Under the pieces are notes generated by a model, which saw only the letters and a list, made by a program, of their open reading frames with translations, made no database searches and was not told the origin of the DNA. A stretch of 64,000 nucleotides of DNA from Selaginella moellendorffii (lineage: Eukaryota; Plantae; Lycopodiophyta): positions 1,460,834-1,524,833 of the forward strand of contig NW_003314305.1 in NCBI RefSeq assembly GCF_000143415.4, read 5' to 3'. Shown here piece by piece: positions 48,991 through 60,192 of the stretch; the stretch's first letter is position 1; each line of letters begins with the position of its first letter. A program made the position numbers and the translations under genes.

Positions 48991-50715
48991 ATGGGCAACG
49001 CACTTGACTGCCAGCAGTTTCTCATTACGGCCTTCTGGAATGGAGGCTCGAGCTTTGACGCATGGCTCAACATCGGCTCTACCAAGGTTTATCTTTCTCC
49101 AGTTTAATTAGATTTTTCAAATGGATTCATTCCATGTTTTCTGGCAGATCGCTCAAATTCTGCTCACAATTCCCTTTTCTTACGCACAAGCAGGCCTGCC
49201 CTCCGCAATAGCATTTCACGTGCTCCACTTGCTGATGGGCTGGTGGGCAGTTTACATAATTAACATCCTCTACCTGACGTATCAGAAGAAGCAAAACCCT
49301 CCGCTCCAACACAACCAAAAGCGCAATACTCAGGTTACATACTATACTTCTAGCTCAGACTCTACTCGGAGTCTCGGATTGGTGATTAGTTTCCTTCTTT
49401 TGCAGCTGCATGAGGTGTTGGGTGGGCTTCTAGGCAAATGGTGGAGTGTGGCAACTCTTGTCTTGATGGTGCCGTGTCTATTCACTGTGTGTGTTATTCA
49501 GCTTCATGCCTGTAGCAAGTAAGTGATTTAATTCTTTGTAGACTTTGCCTTATTCTGCTTATAACTTCAGTATTGTCTTCGAAATGAATGATCAACTTCC
49601 AAAAAGAACATGGACTGTGATATTTGGCGCCCTCTTCTCCCTGTCCATTATTATGCCATCCGTTCAAAACTACAGAGCCTGGTCTTTTCTGGGAGTCATC
49701 GCAACTGTTTATACTTCATGTTATCTGGGGCTTGCAGCACTATTCCATGGAAAAGCAAGTGTCTCTATATAATTCTCTTTCAGTAGTATCATAATCTTTG
49801 TCGTGCAGGTCTCAGATGTTCAAATGTCTCTTGCTCCCCATGGCTATACAGGATATTTTAGTGCTCTCAGCAATTTTCTGGCAGTTGGAACAGAGATGAT
49901 ACCTGTGTAAGCATTTTATTGAAGCGGTTCATCGTCATTTTTATTTTGTTTTATCTAACTTTGGTTTTCCAGAGAGCTCATGGACGCAATGTGGAAACCA
50001 GAAGACTTCAAAACTCCCTGGTTTTACGGCATGATTTATGTTTTTATGGTGACGATGCCAGCAAGCATGACTACCTATGGGGTCTTTGGCGACCAGACGT
50101 TGTCACATCCGTCTACTTTGACGTTGTTTCCAAAGTCAAAGTTTCGGGACATTGCAATAGTTATGTTGCTTCTGCACCAGGCAAGCTTTTATAGTTTCCA
50201 GCTTGGTATGGACCTCATCACCTGTCATTTGCAGTTCGTCGTGTTTGGCATTCTGAGCTGGCCGCTCTACATGTTCTGCGAGAAGTTCTTCAAAGTCCAA
50301 GACTCACCAAGCTTCACAAGGAGATCTTTGTTGAGAGTACCTGTGTTTCTAGCGATCTGGTTAGCCGCTCTTGCATTCCCTTTCCTTCAAGTCTCAGCGC
50401 CTGCTGGCATATTCGGAGCCTGGAGCATATACATCATTCCTTGCATTGCCTACATCGTGATATTCTGGGAGAAAGCTTTGAGTGGTGTAAGTTATGCTCA
50501 ACTCAACCTCTTACTGATTCCTGCACCACAATTTCTCCCAGGTGCCCCAACCTGCCTTTCCGAAATTGAGCTGGGAAACAACCTTCAGCATCAACCTGAG
50601 CATCATAATCTGGATGGCAGCGATGAGCGGAGTCGCATTATGGGTCAGCATAGCAGCCTACATAAGACAAGGTGAACAAGTCGGCATATTCACAAAATGT
50701 TACATGTGCAAGTAA
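48991..50715 (+). CDS. Highly diverged AUX1/LAX-family permease, intact 8-exon ORF
   Basis: FWNGGSSFDAW, AQILLTIPFSYAQ, EVLGGLLG, VIQLHAC, KRTWTVIFGA, NYRAWSFLG, ELMDAMWKP, LRVPV and GIFTKCYMC all parallel AUX1/LAX motifs. Splicing (two GC donors) gives no stops. Confidence 0.88.
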
Positions 50716-50829
50716 GCCTGGACAACTACAAGTTTGCATATGCCCTAACTCGGCACAACATTTGACCTAATTTCAAAACATTCATGAAATTTTTTGACAA
50801 TGGTGAGAGGTAGTCAGAGCAACCCACAG

Positions 50830-51840
50830 AGCCGAGGTCTGTTACAAACTTGGCGCCCATTTGCTTTGATGAGGGCCATTGTTCCTGCTGCAATCCCAGC
50901 CCATACCACAGAGTAGAAGAACTGGAATATGTCGTGACCGACTGTTATGCAAACCAAGTTAGAGCATTTTGGTATTGTGGTCGAGTTTTGGTTTGCTTAC
51001 CTTGACGCGACGATAAGGTGGTCATGGTTATACCGGTGAGCATCACAGCAGAGGCAAACGGAAGATACTGAAAGCGTGACATTCAGAAATCTGTTAGAGC
51101 ATCAGCATTGAACAACGACGTCTACTTACAGCCAACGCTTCCAATCCATTCAGCTTGAATGGTAATGGCTTGTTTTCAGCAACAGTGTAGCGGCCCGCCA
51201 CAAGATCCATAGCGTCCTGTGCATTTTATATTTTTATCATTTTCCGAGAAATTGTTGTGACTCGAGGGTTGGAAATGCATGTACCTGTCTGATGCCGTCT
51301 GTAAAATTGTTGAAGAAGTAGCGAGTAAGGGCGTTGAAGCCATCAGGAATGAGGCCAAATACAGTAGGCTTCCCATATCTATACAGCAATAGATGAAATC
51401 ACAGCTCACAACCAGGTAACTTAGAGCCACACCTTACAAAATCTCCTTTTAATGCATTTTGCATGCTTATTTCATCCCCGTGGTCCGCCCACACTGATCA
51501 ACAAACTTTTGATCAGTTTTTTTCATCCAACTGGAAGCCAGATGGTGGACTTATAGTTTTTAAACTTCTTATCGAAAGCTGAACTGCTCCGGATTGTTTC
51601 CGACGATTTAAAGACACCCAACTGCTGAAGTTGACTTTCCAATGCTTTTCTTCCAAACGGACTCTGCGAAGAAAACGCGTACTGGTTCCTGACTGGTTCT
51701 AGCTGTAGTTTCAAAAATACTTTGATGTCAATACACACCTGAGTGACATTTGTTCGATCTAAACAGTCGACACAATTTGTTCTAATAATGCCTTGCTGCA
51801 CCTGTATAACCTCTCCAACTGGATTAGTCAAAAAGAACCT
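50830..51840 (-). pseudogene. SAC-domain phosphoinositide phosphatase, 3' fragment
   Basis: QQGIIRTNCVDCLDRTNVTQ (CX5R) and WADHGDEISMQ; N-terminal SAC exons are absent. Confidence 0.75.
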
Positions 51841-51869
51841 GTAAGAAGAATAAGGATATGAGCATCAGA

Positions 51870-53026
51870 TTTGCCTTCTCTTACACATACTGTTGTTGTG
51901 AGAAATCTTCTTTTGATGCGTCGTAAAGAATTGACAGTCGCTCGAAGTGTATGTGACCACATATACGGTGAAAATCATATTGCACATACCTGCAGAAAAA
52001 AGATTAAGTTTGCAAAAATGAAGATGAATACATTAGTACCGGAGCTTATCAGTTACCAGACTTTGCATAGCATTCCGAGTAGGCAAGACTTAGAATTCCT
52101 TTGCTACCTTGCTGGTTAAAATCAGATGTCGTAAAAACTTAAACGCCACTGTTTAGCAACAATGAGTTCATTAGACACACCGAGGACATTGACAACCTGA
52201 AAACCACATTAAGCAGCAGGTTTGAATAGACGTTACAACATACATACATGATCCAGGTACTTGACAGTGCAGCTAAACAATTGCTGTTGCACGATACTCG
52301 ATAAATTTGACACAGCTACCTTCTCGACTTTCTCGCCCAAGTCGGAGAAATATGACTTGTAGCGCTTCAAATCTGCTGTTGGCAGACAGAAGCACCAACC
52401 TGTAAAACGGAAATTTGAAACTGCAGTTCCAAGAGCTATTTGACAGTAGCCTACCGTATGTTCTTGTTCCTGAACATCAGGAGCTTCACGCAGCAGAGTA
52501 CCATGTCCGACTCAACGGATTGCTCATGCACTTCATCCAGTATAAGGACGTTGTACCGAGAGGCTACGGCAATCCCTCTAGCTTTAAGCTGTTCTGGGAA
52601 AACACCAGCCGTCTGGAAGACGATTTTGGACCTGCAACATGCATTTCCTTCATTCGCCAATCAAATGAAGAACCAGACAGTACCTAGCACTTGATTTGTT
52701 CAACTGTCCAATATGAAATCCAACTTCATCCCCTAGATCACATCCTCGCTCCTCCGCCACCATCTTGGCAACAGACACCACGGCAAGGCGTCGTGGCTGC
52801 GTACAGAGAATCGGAGAGAACTCATCCTCGAGCAACATTTGAGGAGCTTTTCGCTGCAGAAATCCAAGCAGTTGAGCAACAAGGGGCTGCGATGAAGAAA
52901 AATGCCCACGAAACCTGATTCAGTCTCAGCCAGAATCAGTGTCACCCTGTTCGAGCTCACTTTATCAACGATCGTCTGCCGGTGCAGCCGCACAGGGAGC
53001 CTCCGCGATCGGGCAACCTCTGACAT
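51870..53026 (-). pseudogene. DEAH/DExH RNA helicase (DExH8/CCCH-helicase type), 5' fragment
   Basis: [48 protein letters not shown]; Walker A is disrupted and the second RecA domain is missing. Confidence 0.78.
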
Positions 53027-53412
53027 CAAATGCGAAGATTTAGGGTTTTAAGCTTCCAAAATAATTGACCTAATTTTAAGTTTTTGTTGACGATTGTGAG
53101 GGGTTAAAAGAGAGGTATGGGTTGGGTCTTTGGTCATGACTTTGTGACATGTCATAATTAAGTTTGTGCAATGCAATTTTTTCTCTTTACGTTGTAATAC
53201 TCTTTCATCTATTTTTCCGATTTCTTTCAAGATAAATGCAACATACAAGGGTTTACAATTTCTGGAGGCAGCTCTTATATAAAACGTATGAATCTTGAAA
53301 AATGAAACTGCAGTTTCTAAAAGATATATATTTAAAAAGCTATTATCTCTTTTATGTACTTAAGCATTTTTATATAAATTAATATGTAATTCATAAGTTT
53401 ATAATGTATGAT

Positions 53413-54690
53413 TTATGTTCTCTTATATATGTTTTTAAATGTTTTTGTTGATATTTTTTTAGATTGAAATCTGTATTCTGGTGGTGAGATGATTGATGGA
53501 TGTCTTGCTCCTAGGGGACCACGAGCCTTGCCAAGTACTTTGGAGGATTTTCCCCTTGAAGCTCCAAGGGTTCCCAGTGCTGCAGCTGGAGTTGGGTCCA
53601 GTATAGTGGCATCTGGCAGCATCCGGACGACACCGTGGTACTGTTTGGGTGGTGACCAGTTTCTACCATGGTAGCGTTCCGTACTCCACGTCCAGTGCAT
53701 GTTCCCCACCATATGAGCCCCCAGAGTGTCCAAGTAAGGGGTGAGCTGGAGCTCCTTGACCTCGGGCCACTCACTTATCTCGCTGTAGAGCTCCATGAAC
53801 TCGTCATTCATGGCTGAAATCATGTCGCATGCTTCGAACATTGCTTCCTAGAAAGAACACCCTCTGTTCACGCAGATCACCCATGGCAGGCTGTGCTCGT
53901 AGCTCCCTTGCATGTATTCCATCCGGAACGATCCAATGTCGTTCGTCCAGCCCCCGAAGTCCATCGCACACATCTGCAGGTGCTGGAACTTGGGATTATT
54001 GAGCAGGCTGTCTGGAAGCTCCATGTTGAGGGCGTATTCGAGCAGCACCACCAGAGACGAAGCGGCAACCGAGGCCCTCCTTTGCTGAATTTATTCTTTC
54101 AAACTTTGTACCGGTCTTTCTTTGTTCTTACCTCTACGTTGAAGTTGCTTCATGTTGGCCGCACACATCTGCTTTACTGTGTCCGCAAATCGTTCCTGCT
54201 GCTTCACCGTCATTCCCCTACGGAAACTCTTCCACAATTCTGCGAAGAAGAAACTGAACCTGGTTGCGTGGGAGTTAAGCAGCAAATCGTTCTCCTCAGA
54301 GGCCAAACTAGAGCAGCTGTTGCTGCTGGTCATGATTTTCATCAGCTTCGTGAAGAAGTCATGAGCCTGTTGGATCCTGCTGGATTCCATGCTGAACTGT
54401 GTGTTTGATGCGTCGTCGAGGCAGTTGTCAACAATTGAGTACCACGCCACGAAGTTACCAATGTCTGAGACGCGTTCCTTGAGTCCATATGGATTCATCA
54501 CACATGCCAGGAGAGCGTACTTCTCATTTACCAGCATCTGCTTCTGGAGCTTCGACTCTGGACGAGCACATTGAAGAGCCCAAGCCTTCACTGATTCTGC
54601 GATTTTGTCGTAGGCCGGGTGGTTTTTGAGAGGAAAGGAACAACGCACCTTCGGAAGATAAAACTCCCTGATGGGCTGCCGATGAGCCAT
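53413..54690 (-). pseudogene. Near full-length intronless MTPSL pseudogene, copy 3 (nonsense codons at 54091 and 53848)
   Basis: Class I terpene synthase motifs DNCLDD (Asp-rich), NDIGSFRME (NSE/DTE) and WxxxxxRY lie in one frame broken by two stops. Confidence 0.9.
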
Positions 54691-55446
54691 TTTGCAAAAC
54701 ACAAATGTAAGAGAGAACAGAAGTGAAGAATGATAATTTCTAAGGACCTCTGCCTCCAACTTATATCCAATGTTAATCAGCAATGAGAATACTAACAAGT
54801 CGTTAGTATCCAAGATAATCAGACTTATTAATAACAACCATTCCAAGCATATGCAATTTCGACAAGAGACTGGAAGTCTTTGCCAACCTAACAGCAACAG
54901 ATGACTAGTTATCTTCCAAGCATATGTATCTCAAACAATACGTGAAAAACACGTTGCGACTGTTGACTCAACAACGCTCCATCCAGCCCGTCATGACCTC
55001 AAAGGACTCGTAACAAAATCTTCTCAAAGGATGACCTTGACTGCCGTTCGGTTTATGGACAAGCCAGCTCGGCAGTCCGGGCCATGAGATTTCTTCAATC
55101 ATCGATGCACGATGACAGACTGAGATCAATCCATGGGGTTTGAGAGTCATTATATTCGTTTCCTGGTAGATTCACGTCATCTCACTCTAGAACATTATCT
55201 CTAAGTTATGTACTTGTAGTCATAAAGTCTCAAAACGATGATTACTTATCTGGCTTTTGAGTTGTGCTCAAGTTTGTGTTAACTTAAGTGCTAGTAACTA
55301 TGTTGCTTCTTTGGTTTTAACCAAAATTTATTTGTTGTAAGTAGTATCCAGGTCTGAAAGTAAAAGTAAAGCTAAAAGTGAAACTCAATTTGTCCACTAG
55401 CATTTAAAACTCCCCAAACATGGTAAGAAGCTATGTTAACATATGA

Positions 55447-56832
55447 TCAATCATTGGGGAATCTAAGTAGAGTAATTTGATATTCCGTGTAGACGAGGAC
55501 TAAGAACTTGGTGATCTCTTGCGAGACGATCTTCCACTGCGTGTTCTTGCCGCTCTGGTTGTGATCCGGGTGGTAGAGCCGCAGCGCCTTCTTGAGCGCC
55601 GATCATGGCGACTGGACGCTCTCGTCGACGATCCGATCGCGATCCGCGGGATCCAGCCCCGGCGGCGGATGCTCCGCGAGGAGAAACTCGAGGAACTTGG
55701 ACAGGTTGTGCTTGTTCTTGGCGAAATTGGCCTCGAGGCGCATGGAAACTTTGGTCTTGAGCTCCTCGTGATCCCTCTTCCTCATTGCCAGGGCCTGGTA
55801 CGCGCTCTTCATCCTCTCCACGAGCTCGGAGAAATTCTTCCTCCTCTTGTGCTGGAGCAGTGAATCGCCAATGGCGATGGCGCTCGTGTAGGCGCTCTCG
55901 CCCTGTTCTTCCAGCCCCAGCGTGACGAGGAGCTGCCCCACGCCTCCCAGCGCGAGAACCCGCGCCTCCTCGTCGCAATCCCTCGCCAGGCGCTCCGATT
56001 CGCGGAACTGATCCAGCGCGCTCACCAGGATCTCCAGCCGCTGCTCCGGATCCCGCGATCTCCCGGCCAGCTCGCGGAAATCCTCGCCCTTCTTCCTCGC
56101 CTGGATGGATTCGCACAGCCGGCGCTTGAGCTCCACGCGCCGCTGGAGCTCCCGGAGCTCGTGCCGGAAGTCGCGGAAGGCGCGGCCCTCGCATTGCGTG
56201 GCGGCGACCTCCAGCGGCGCCGCGCAATCGCTGAGGATGCCCAGCGCAGCGAGGAAGGATCTTACAGCCTCGCCCCTGTCCGCGTCCTGGATCATCTCCT
56301 CGGCCTTGCGGAGGAGAGCCTCGCAGTACGCCCTGTGAAGAACAGCGCTGGCGTGGATTGAGCCTTGGGGGTGGCGCTGGAAGATCTTGCAAGCCTTGGC
56401 GAGGCTGGATTCCGAGCCGAGAACTGGATCGCTGGCCGCGATGGCGGCAAAATCCAGCAGCGCCGCCTTGATCCACGCGATCCAATCTTTGGACTGGATC
56501 CCCGATCCGTAGGAGATGGCGTCGAGGGAATCCCTCACGGAGCTGGATAGATGGAAACTAGCGACGTCCTCGCCGCAGCAATCGTGGCAGAGGAGCGCCA
56601 CCATCGCCAGCCGCCTGTGCGCCGACGGCAGGTTCTTGTGGCACCTGGATCTCTCGGCGCGGTGCTCATCGCCATCGCCAGAGCCATGGGAAGATCGATC
56701 GAGGTGAGAGAGAGCAGAGGAGTAGTCCGCCACTGCCTTGCTCAATCGAGCATACCTCACCAGGGGCGAGAGATTCTCCGAGTCGCTCCAGAAATGCCTG
56801 TTGCCTCTCTCGCGCAGCGAAGAAGCCGCCAT
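55447..56832 (-). CDS. GC-rich intronless TPR-like helical protein with a C-terminal J-domain-like HPD segment; in-frame TGA at 55603-55605 (possible pseudogene)
   Basis: SLRERGN..AVADYSSAL..CHKNL (TPR-like). After the TGA the frame continues ALKKALRLYHPDHN..SQEITKFL. Confidence 0.6.
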
Positions 56833-57096
56833 CTCCGCGAAGAAACCTCTCTCTCTCCCTCCCAAGTTTGCATGACAGTCGGTCACGACATATTCCAGTT
56901 CTTCTACTCTGTGGTTTGGGTTGGGATTACAGCAGGAACAATGGCCCTCATTAAAGCAAATGGACGCCAGTTTTGTATCGGCTCTATCTGACTATTGTCA
57001 AAAAAAATTATGAATGTTTTAAAATTAGGTCAAAAGTTTTGAAAGATCGAGTTTTCGCGTAAACATAACCATATGCATTGTGGCTTTTCGATTGCT

Positions 57097-58900
57097 TACT
57101 TGCAAATGTAACATTTTGTGAATATGCCGACTTGTTCACCTTGTCTTGTGTGGACTGTTATGCTGGCCCATAATGCGAGTCCGCTCATCGCTGCCATCTA
57201 GATTATAATGCTTCAGGTTTATGCTGAAGGTTGTTTCCCAGCTCAACTTCGGAAAGGCAGGTTGGAGCACCTGGAGTAAAAATGAGAAATTGTGGTGTAG
57301 GAAGGAGTAAGAGGTTGAGTTGAGCTTAACTTACACCACTCAAAGCTTTCTCCCAGAATATCACGATGTAAGCAATCCAAGGAATGATGCAGGCTCCGAA
57401 TATGGCATGAGGAGCTGAGACTTGAAGGAAAGGGAATGCAAGAGCGGCTAACCAGATTGCTAGAAACATGTCAGGTACTCTCAACAAAGTTCTCCTTGTG
57501 AAGCTTGGTGAGTCTTGGACTTTGAAAAACTTCTCGCAGAACAGGTAGAGTGGGGAGCTCAGAATGCTTGGTATGGACCTCATCACTTGTCATTCGCTGT
57601 TCGTTCTGTTCAAACAGAACGAACAGCGAATGACAGGTGATGAGGTCCATACCAAGATGGAAAACTGTAAAAGCTAATTGCCTTGTGCAGAAGCAACAAA
57701 ACTATTGCAATCCCGCGGCATGTCGTGCGACCAGTGGTGGTTTTGAGCCCGACGATTCCACACAAGGAAGAAGGAATTCTGATAGAACCTTCAAGAAGGA
57801 AAAACAAAAATATACACGCTCTTTTTTTACAATAACGTTTGTGGCCAGAAGGGAGCAAGCCATCCGAAGACTTGAGCTTGTCCCGAAACTTTGACTTTGG
57901 AAACAACTTCAAAGCAGACGGATGTGACAACGTCTGGTCGCCAAAGACCCCATAGATAGTCATGCTTGCTGGCATAGTCACCATTAAAACATAAATCATG
58001 CCGTAAAACCAGGGAGTTTTGAAGTCTTCCGGTTTCCACATTGCGTCCATGAGCTCTCTGGAAAATCAAAGTTTAAAAGTCTATAAATAAAATAGAAATG
58101 ACGATGACCCGCTTAAAAAATGCTTACACAGGTCTTATCTCTGTTCCAACTTCCAGAAAATTGCTGAGAGCACTAAAATATCCTGTATAGCCACAGGGAG
58201 CAAGAGACATTTGAACATCTGAGACCTTCACGACAAAGATGATGATACTACTGAAAGAGAATTATATAGAGACACTTGCCTTTCCATGGAATAGTGCTGC
58301 AAGCCCCAGATAACATGAAGTATAAACAGTCGCAATGACTCCCAGAAAAGACCAAGCTCTGTAGTTTTGAGCGGATGGCAGAATAATGGACAGGGAGAAG
58401 AGGGCGCCAAATATCACAGTCCATGTTCTTTTTGTAAGTTGATCATTTCAAAGACAATGCTGCCATATCATACTGCAAGTTATAAGCAGAATAAGGCGAA
58501 GTCTACAAAGAACTAAATCACTTGCTACAGCCAGCAAGCTGAATAACACACACAACGAACAGATACGGCACCATCAATACAAGAGTTGCACACCATTTGC
58601 CTAAAAGCCCAACACCTCATGCAGCTATAAAAGAAGAAAACGAATCACCAACCCGAGTAGAGTCTGAGCTAAAAGTATAATTTACCTGAGTATTGCGCTT
58701 TTGGTTGTACAGTGGGAGCGGAAGGCTTTGCTTCTTCTGATATGTCAGGTACTAGAGGATGTTAATTATGTAAACTCCCATCAGTGCGTGGAGCACCTGA
58801 AATGCTATTGCGGAGGGCAGACCTGCTTGTGCATAAGAAAAGGGAACTGTGAGCAGAATTTCAGCGATCTGTAAAACAAAACATGGAATGAATCCATTTG
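57097..58900 (-). pseudogene. Inverted, degraded copy of the AUX1/LAX-like gene (exon 1 lost, indels, amidase-fragment insertion, fold-back)
   Basis: Reverse-complement match to 49.1-50.7 kb including introns. Confidence 0.9.
57567..57656. repeat. 44-bp near-perfect inverted repeat (fold-back)
   Basis: Arms 57567-57610 and 57613-57656 differ at one position. Confidence 0.95.
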
Positions 58901-59307
58901 AAAGATCTAGAGAATGATCCAGGTATAGCTTAGTTCTGTCATTAAACATTACCCTTTTAAATTTTAATATTAACAAAGTACTCTTATTATAATTTATATG
59001 AATTGATTTTCTTTCAATTGTTAAAAGCTTTAACATGTGAATAAGGAAAAACATTAATCACTGGAGAATCTAAGACTCTAAGTAGAGTTAATTGATACAA
59101 GTTCTAAGTTGAAAGTTTACGATCTTGATCAGTAGTAAATCTTAGGGAGTTTTAAATTCTAAATATAGATTATTACATGCATTATGATCATCCATTTTTC
59201 ATGGGTGATCACATACCATCTATTTTGGTGTGGTGTTATAACATAAATAGGCAACAACTTTTACTTCTAGCCTTAGTTCTATGGAAGTTACTACTTACAA
59301 CAAATAA

Positions 59308-59407
59308 NNNNNNNNNNNNNNNNNNNNNNNNNNNNNNNNNNNNNNNNNNNNNNNNNNNNNNNNNNNNNNNNNNNNNNNNNNNNNNNNNNNNNNNNNNNNN
59401 NNNNNNN
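59308..59407. other. Assembly gap (100 N)
   Basis: N run. Confidence 1.
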
Positions 59408-60104
59408 TCCACTACGGTGAGCAGGACAAAGAAACCAAGGTAATGACTCTTGATGTCACTCGGTCATCTCTTGAGGAGATCCGGAGCTGTGAAGACGTGG
59501 GAGCATAAGCCAAACGGCTGCTAGAAAAAGTGGCAAAATTAGGCAGCAATATGGATGGAAAAAGAATGAAAACAAAAGCCTGTGACTTGGAACAGCAAGG
59601 ACTCTGGATAACGCCAGTCGTCAAGGTCGTCCTTTGACAAGACTTTTCTGTGAGGCCTTTTGGATCCTCATGACTGGCTGGATGGAGCACTATTGAGTCA
59701 ACAGTCATACCGTGTCATTGCATGGTCGCTACTAATAATTCTGAACCTTGAATACTAACGACTTGTTAGTATTCTCATTGTTGATTAACATTGGTTCCAA
59801 ACAACGGCTAGAAAAACAGCGGCAAACTTGGTTCAGCAAGAACTCCTGGACAATGCCAGTCGTGAAGGTGGTCCTTTGACAAGACTTTAGAGGTCATGAC
59901 GGGCTGGATGGAGCATTGTTGAGTCAACAATCGTAACGTGTATTTCCTGTATCGTTTGAGATATATACATATGCTTGGAAGTTACTGTTAGAGTTCCAAT
60001 CTTAAATTACTAGTTAATAATTATGATTACCTTGAATACTAACGATTTGTTAGTATATATAAGTTGGAGCGCTTCAGTTCTTTCTTACATTTGTATTTTG
60101 CAAA

Positions 60105-60192
60105 ATGGCTCATCGGCACCCCATCAGGCAGTGTTATCTTCCCAAGGTGCGTTGCTCCTTTCCTCTCCAAAACCACTTGGCCTACCACAAGC
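60105..60192 (+). pseudogene. MTPSL 5' stub, copy 4, with its upstream region (inverted relative to copies 1-3)
   Basis: MAHRHPIRQCYLPKVRCSFPLQNH; 59.7-60.1 kb is the reverse complement of about 44.2-44.65 kb. Confidence 0.8.

Noticed and set aside
53848-54093. RNA editing or read-through rescuing the MTPSL stops
   Set aside because: Plant C/U editing is organellar, TAA to Tyr is not a C/U change, and the other copies are clearly decayed.
55463-56485. 340-aa alternative-frame ORF; similar ones occur within TauE exon 1
   Set aside because: Stop-poor frames caused by high GC.
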